This document shows, piece by piece, positions 60,961 to 64,000 of a DNA stretch of 64,000 nt. Location: contig NC_043005.1 of the NCBI RefSeq assembly GCF_006345805.1, positions 310,001 to 374,000 on the forward strand, read 5' to 3'. Source of the stretch: Octopus sinensis (Eukaryota). A program made the translations under genes and the position numbers. A model generated the notes under the pieces. It was not told the origin of the DNA, did not search any database, and saw only the letters and a list, made by a program, of their open reading frames with translations. The number at the start of each line of letters is the position of its first letter. The first letter of the stretch is position 1.

Positions 60961-63900
60961 AAACTTAGACTTAGATAAACTTAGATATGTTTCGACCAAA
61001 GATTGGTCCAGGCCATGTCTAACTTAATAGCACCACCTGATAGGATTATTCGAATCCTGTTTAAGTCAAGTTTTGTTCAAGTAGTGAGTTCTTATTGGGT
61101 GAGTTGTATCCAGTTTTGTTCAAGTAGTGAGTTCTTGTTGGGTGAGTTGTATCCAATTATGGGTGGCGTATCTGGTATTTTTTGATTGAATCTATCCAGA
61201 CTCTGTTTAAAGTTGATGGGATCCTTTTCCTCTTGGATTTCTCTCGGGACAATGTTAAATAGGGCAGGGCCTGTTGAGAAAAAGAAATTATGTTGCAGTG
61301 TACATGTATGTTGTGATCTTGAATTGGGCAGGGGACGTATAGCCCGTGGTCCAAGTCTTGGATGAACCTTGAAGCTAATGTTTAGGTCGTTTAGGCAAAG
61401 TTGGCGGTATATTTTCCACATCGTACAAATGATGTACCGCTCACGGCGACGCTGGAGGGAGTAAAGTTTCAAGGCTTTAAGGCGATCCCAATAATCGAAA
61501 GCAGCCATGCGTTTAGTGAGTGCCCTCTGGGGTGACTCAATTCTGGAGATGTTTTGTCTTGTGTGAGGAGACCACAGTGGGCAGCAGTATTCAAGGTGTG
61601 GCCGTACAAAGGAGGAAAAATGTGGTATGATGACACCTTGTTCTCTGGACCGGAAAGTTCTTAAGATCCAGGAACTCATCCTACGAGCTATATCGACCTT
61701 CTTGTTGATGTGTGCACTCCAACTGAGATCGTCATCAACAATTACACCCAGGTCTCTGATATTGTTAGAGGCTGTGAGCGGTTCCCCTGAAGGAAGAGAG
61801 TATGGCTGTTTTAGTGAGGAGTTTCTTCCAAAATGCATCAGCTCAAATTTTCCCTCGTTCAGTTGCATTTTGTTTCTGTCTGCCCATTGACTCACAGCAT
61901 ATAGATCAGACTGGAGTTGAGTTCGGTCTGCTTCTTCATTGACGATTTGCTGGAGCTTGGTGTCATCAGCAAATATTTTCACTTTGCCGTAATGTACGAC
62001 ACTGGAAAGGTCGTTTATGTAGATTATGAAGAGTAGCGGACCCAAGACAGTCCCATGGGGGACACTGCTGGTGACTTTTGCTGGGCTTGAGTGGACTCCA
62101 TCAACTACAACATGTTGTGTTCTATTCGCCAGGAAATACTTGATCCAGTGTAGAACTTTTCCACGGATTCCAACATTTGCCAATTTTGAGAGTAGGATAT
62201 TATGGTCTACCCTGTCGAACGCTTTACTGAAGTCAAGATATATGACATCAGAGTTCGAACCTGTTCCCAAGGCTTTGAGTACATCTTCAATGTGGTGTAA
62301 GATCTGTGTTAGACAGTCCCTGCCACAGCGAAAGCCATGCTGATTTGCATTTAGGAGTTTCTGGGTCTCCAGGAAGTCAGCCAACCTTGATCTTAACACT
62401 CTTTCAAACACTTTGATGATGTGGGAGGTGAGTGAGATTGGGCGATAGTTGAGTGCGAGGGATATGTTTCCCTGTTTGAAAACCGGGATGACTGACTGGG
62501 ATAGAAACTGTTTTGGTATATAACCTGCATCTAACGAATTTCTCCAGAGGTTGGTCAGAGGGACTGCAAGTTGGTGTCTACATTCCTTCAGGAGACTAGC
62601 GGGGAATCTATCAGGGCCTACAGCAGAGTAGTATTTGACCTCATTTATTGCTGCTACGATGTCAGTGGGAGTGAAGGTTATGTCTGAGATTTTATGTTGG
62701 GAGTCAACTTCGTTCGCTTCTCTTACGTCAATATCAGTGGGAACACTAAAGACAGAGCAGTATTGTTTCTGCAGTATTTCTGCCATTTCTTTAGCATCGT
62801 GTTGGGGGATGCCGTTAGCATCAATTAATGGCCCAATGGGTGAGACAGTGGTTCTATGCTTATTTGCATAGGAATAGAACACTTTTGGGTTCTGTTTGAT
62901 GTTTTTGATTACCCACTGTTCCTCCGCAGCTCTTTGGTTTTCAATGGAGGTTTTCATGTCGTTCTGCAGATGAAGTTTTTCCAGCTCTAGCCTTTTCATT
63001 GTTGTTGAACGTGGATGTTGTTTGTGGGAATATTTTAATTGGTTGATTTTTTTGTTAAGTCTTTTGATGCGCCTGATGAGTGTTTTCTTATTTTTAGGGA
63101 GCCGATTTCTGTTTGTGTTAGTAGATTTCGTGGGAGCGTGTTTAGAGCATGTATATGTGACAATGATTTCAAAGTGCTGCCATGCGGTCTCAATATGGGT
63201 GGAATTGAGAGTAAAAGACCAGTCGATGAAAGACAGATCCTTTCTGATTGCTCCCCAGTCTGCTTTGTGGAAGTTTATGTTATCAAATGAGTGCCATGGA
63301 GTGGGATTGGCTGGTTTGGTTTTTATATGTCGGGAATTGAAATTGCAGAGTACCATGTCGTGATCTGAGAGGAGAGTTTTTTCAACTGAAATACTGTGAA
63401 CAAAGCTAGAGTGATTGGTCAATACCAGATCCAAGATCGTTTTATTCTGTCTCGTTGGTTCGAGCACAAGCTGAGTCAGGAAGTATTCATCCATTAGATT
63501 AAAGAGCAGTTCCGCTGCTGCTCTATCTGATGTAGAGCACTTGCCTAACTTTAGAGTATTTGTGGGCCAGTTCACATGAGGGAGGTTAAAATCACCCATC
63601 ACTAGTATGTTTCCGGAGTGGTACTTCCGAAGGAAGGACTTGACTTTGCTAAGGCACTCTTCAAAGCACTTTAAAGGTGCTTGGGGAGGCCTGTAAAGAC
63701 CAACAATGACTATGTCCTTGGCCTTGCTGAATAGTGATACCGATTCACAATAGCCATTGGAAAATATGTCCTTGGCATCAAGTGAGAAGGAGTCATGGAT
63801 AAAGATGGCTGTCCCTCCTTTATTTCGGTTTGTACGATCCGCACGAACAATGGTGAAATCTTTTATTTTCACCTCGGCGTCTATATGGGTGTTGTTCAGG

Positions 63901-64000
63901 TGAGTCTCGGTAAGGATAAAGAAAGGGAAGCAATGTGTCGTTTCGGCAAGCCAACTCTCTATATATGGGATCTTCCATTTTTGGGCAATAATTGATGGGT
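60961..64000 (-). mobile_element. LINE family D, running off the window end
   Basis: 3' end shares CAGGTGGTGCTATTAAGTTAGACATGGCCTGG with family B; (CTAAGTTT)n-like tail. Confidence 0.93.
61092..63998 (-). CDS. LINE D ORF2 (APE + RT), uninterrupted for 968 codons within the window
   Basis: The frame stays open upstream of the track ORF to the window edge (PSIIAQKWKIPY...LTETHL); MGDFN, SDHD, HGTVLGP, FADDT. Confidence 0.9.
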   Translation of the reverse strand, partial: PSIIAQKWKIPYIESWLAETTHCFPFFILTETHLNNTHIDAEVKIKDFTIVRADRTNRNKGGTAIFIHDSFSLDAKDIFSNGYCESVSLFSKAKDIVIVGLYRPPQAPLKCFEECLSKVKSFLRKYHSGNILVMGDFNLPHVNWPTNTLKLGKCSTSDRAAAELLFNLMDEYFLTQLVLEPTRQNKTILDLVLTNHSSFVHSISVEKTLLSDHDMVLCNFNSRHIKTKPANPTPWHSFDNINFHKADWGAIRKDLSFIDWSFTLNSTHIETAWQHFEIIVTYTCSKHAPTKSTNTNRNRLPKNKKTLIRRIKRLNKKINQLKYSHKQHPRSTTMKRLELEKLHLQNDMKTSIENQRAAEEQWVIKNIKQNPKVFYSYANKHRTTVSPIGPLIDANGIPQHDAKEMAEILQKQYCSVFSVPTDIDVREANEVDSQHKISDITFTPTDIVAAINEVKYYSAVGPDRFPASLLKECRHQLAVPLTNLWRNSLDAGYIPKQFLSQSVIPVFKQGNISLALNYRPISLTSHIIKVFERVLRSRLADFLETQKLLNANQHGFRCGRDCLTQILHHIEDVLKALGTGSNSDVIYLDFSKAFDRVDHNILLSKLANVGIRGKVLHWIKYFLANRTQHVVVDGVHSSPAKVTSSVPHGTVLGPLLFIIYINDLSSVVHYGKVKIFADDTKLQQIVNEEADRTQLQSDLYAVSQWADRNKMQLNEGKFELMHFGRNSSLKQPYSLPSGEPLTASNNIRDLGVIVDDDLSWSAHINKKVDIARRMSSWILRTFRSREQGVIIPHFSSFVRPHLEYCCPLWSPHTRQNISRIESPQRALTKRMAAFDYWDRLKALKLYSLQRRRERYIICTMWKIYRQLCLNDLNISFKVHPRLGPRAIRPLPNSRSQHTCTLQHNFFFSTGPALFNIVPREIQEEKDPINFKQSLDRFNQKIPDTPPIIGYNSPNKNSLLEQNWIQLTQ

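Overview
AT-rich, microsatellite-dense animal genomic DNA. The SINE, LINE and Penelope repertoire suggests an octopod cephalopod (inference). Bases 1-18.5 kb hold five minus-strand exons of a lipoxygenase gene with an intact HX4HX4HX17HX8H motif and one exon 1 nt short of frame. Its introns are filled with R4/Dong LINEs, a Ty3/Gypsy relic, Penelope-like elements (PLEs), SINEs and a MITE. From 26.7 kb onward lies a head-to-tail array of four copies of a ~5.5 kb unit built from decayed TEs. The (TA)n tracts at the unit junctions have received young APE-RT LINEs (families B, C, D) and a PLE. Best candidate for an undescribed system: the two full-length LINEs, B and C, are divergent but share one design. 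ORF1 carries a Myb/SANT-like domain and CCCH zinc fingers. ORF2 lies in the -1 frame and opens just before a correctly phased T_TTT_TTN slippery heptamer with an adjacent hairpin, and B's ORF2 has no ATG before its endonuclease motifs. This points to retrovirus-style -1 ribosomal frameshifting that fuses a DNA-binding ORF1 to EN-RT in (TA)n-inserting LINEs. All calls were made by eye; no searches were run.
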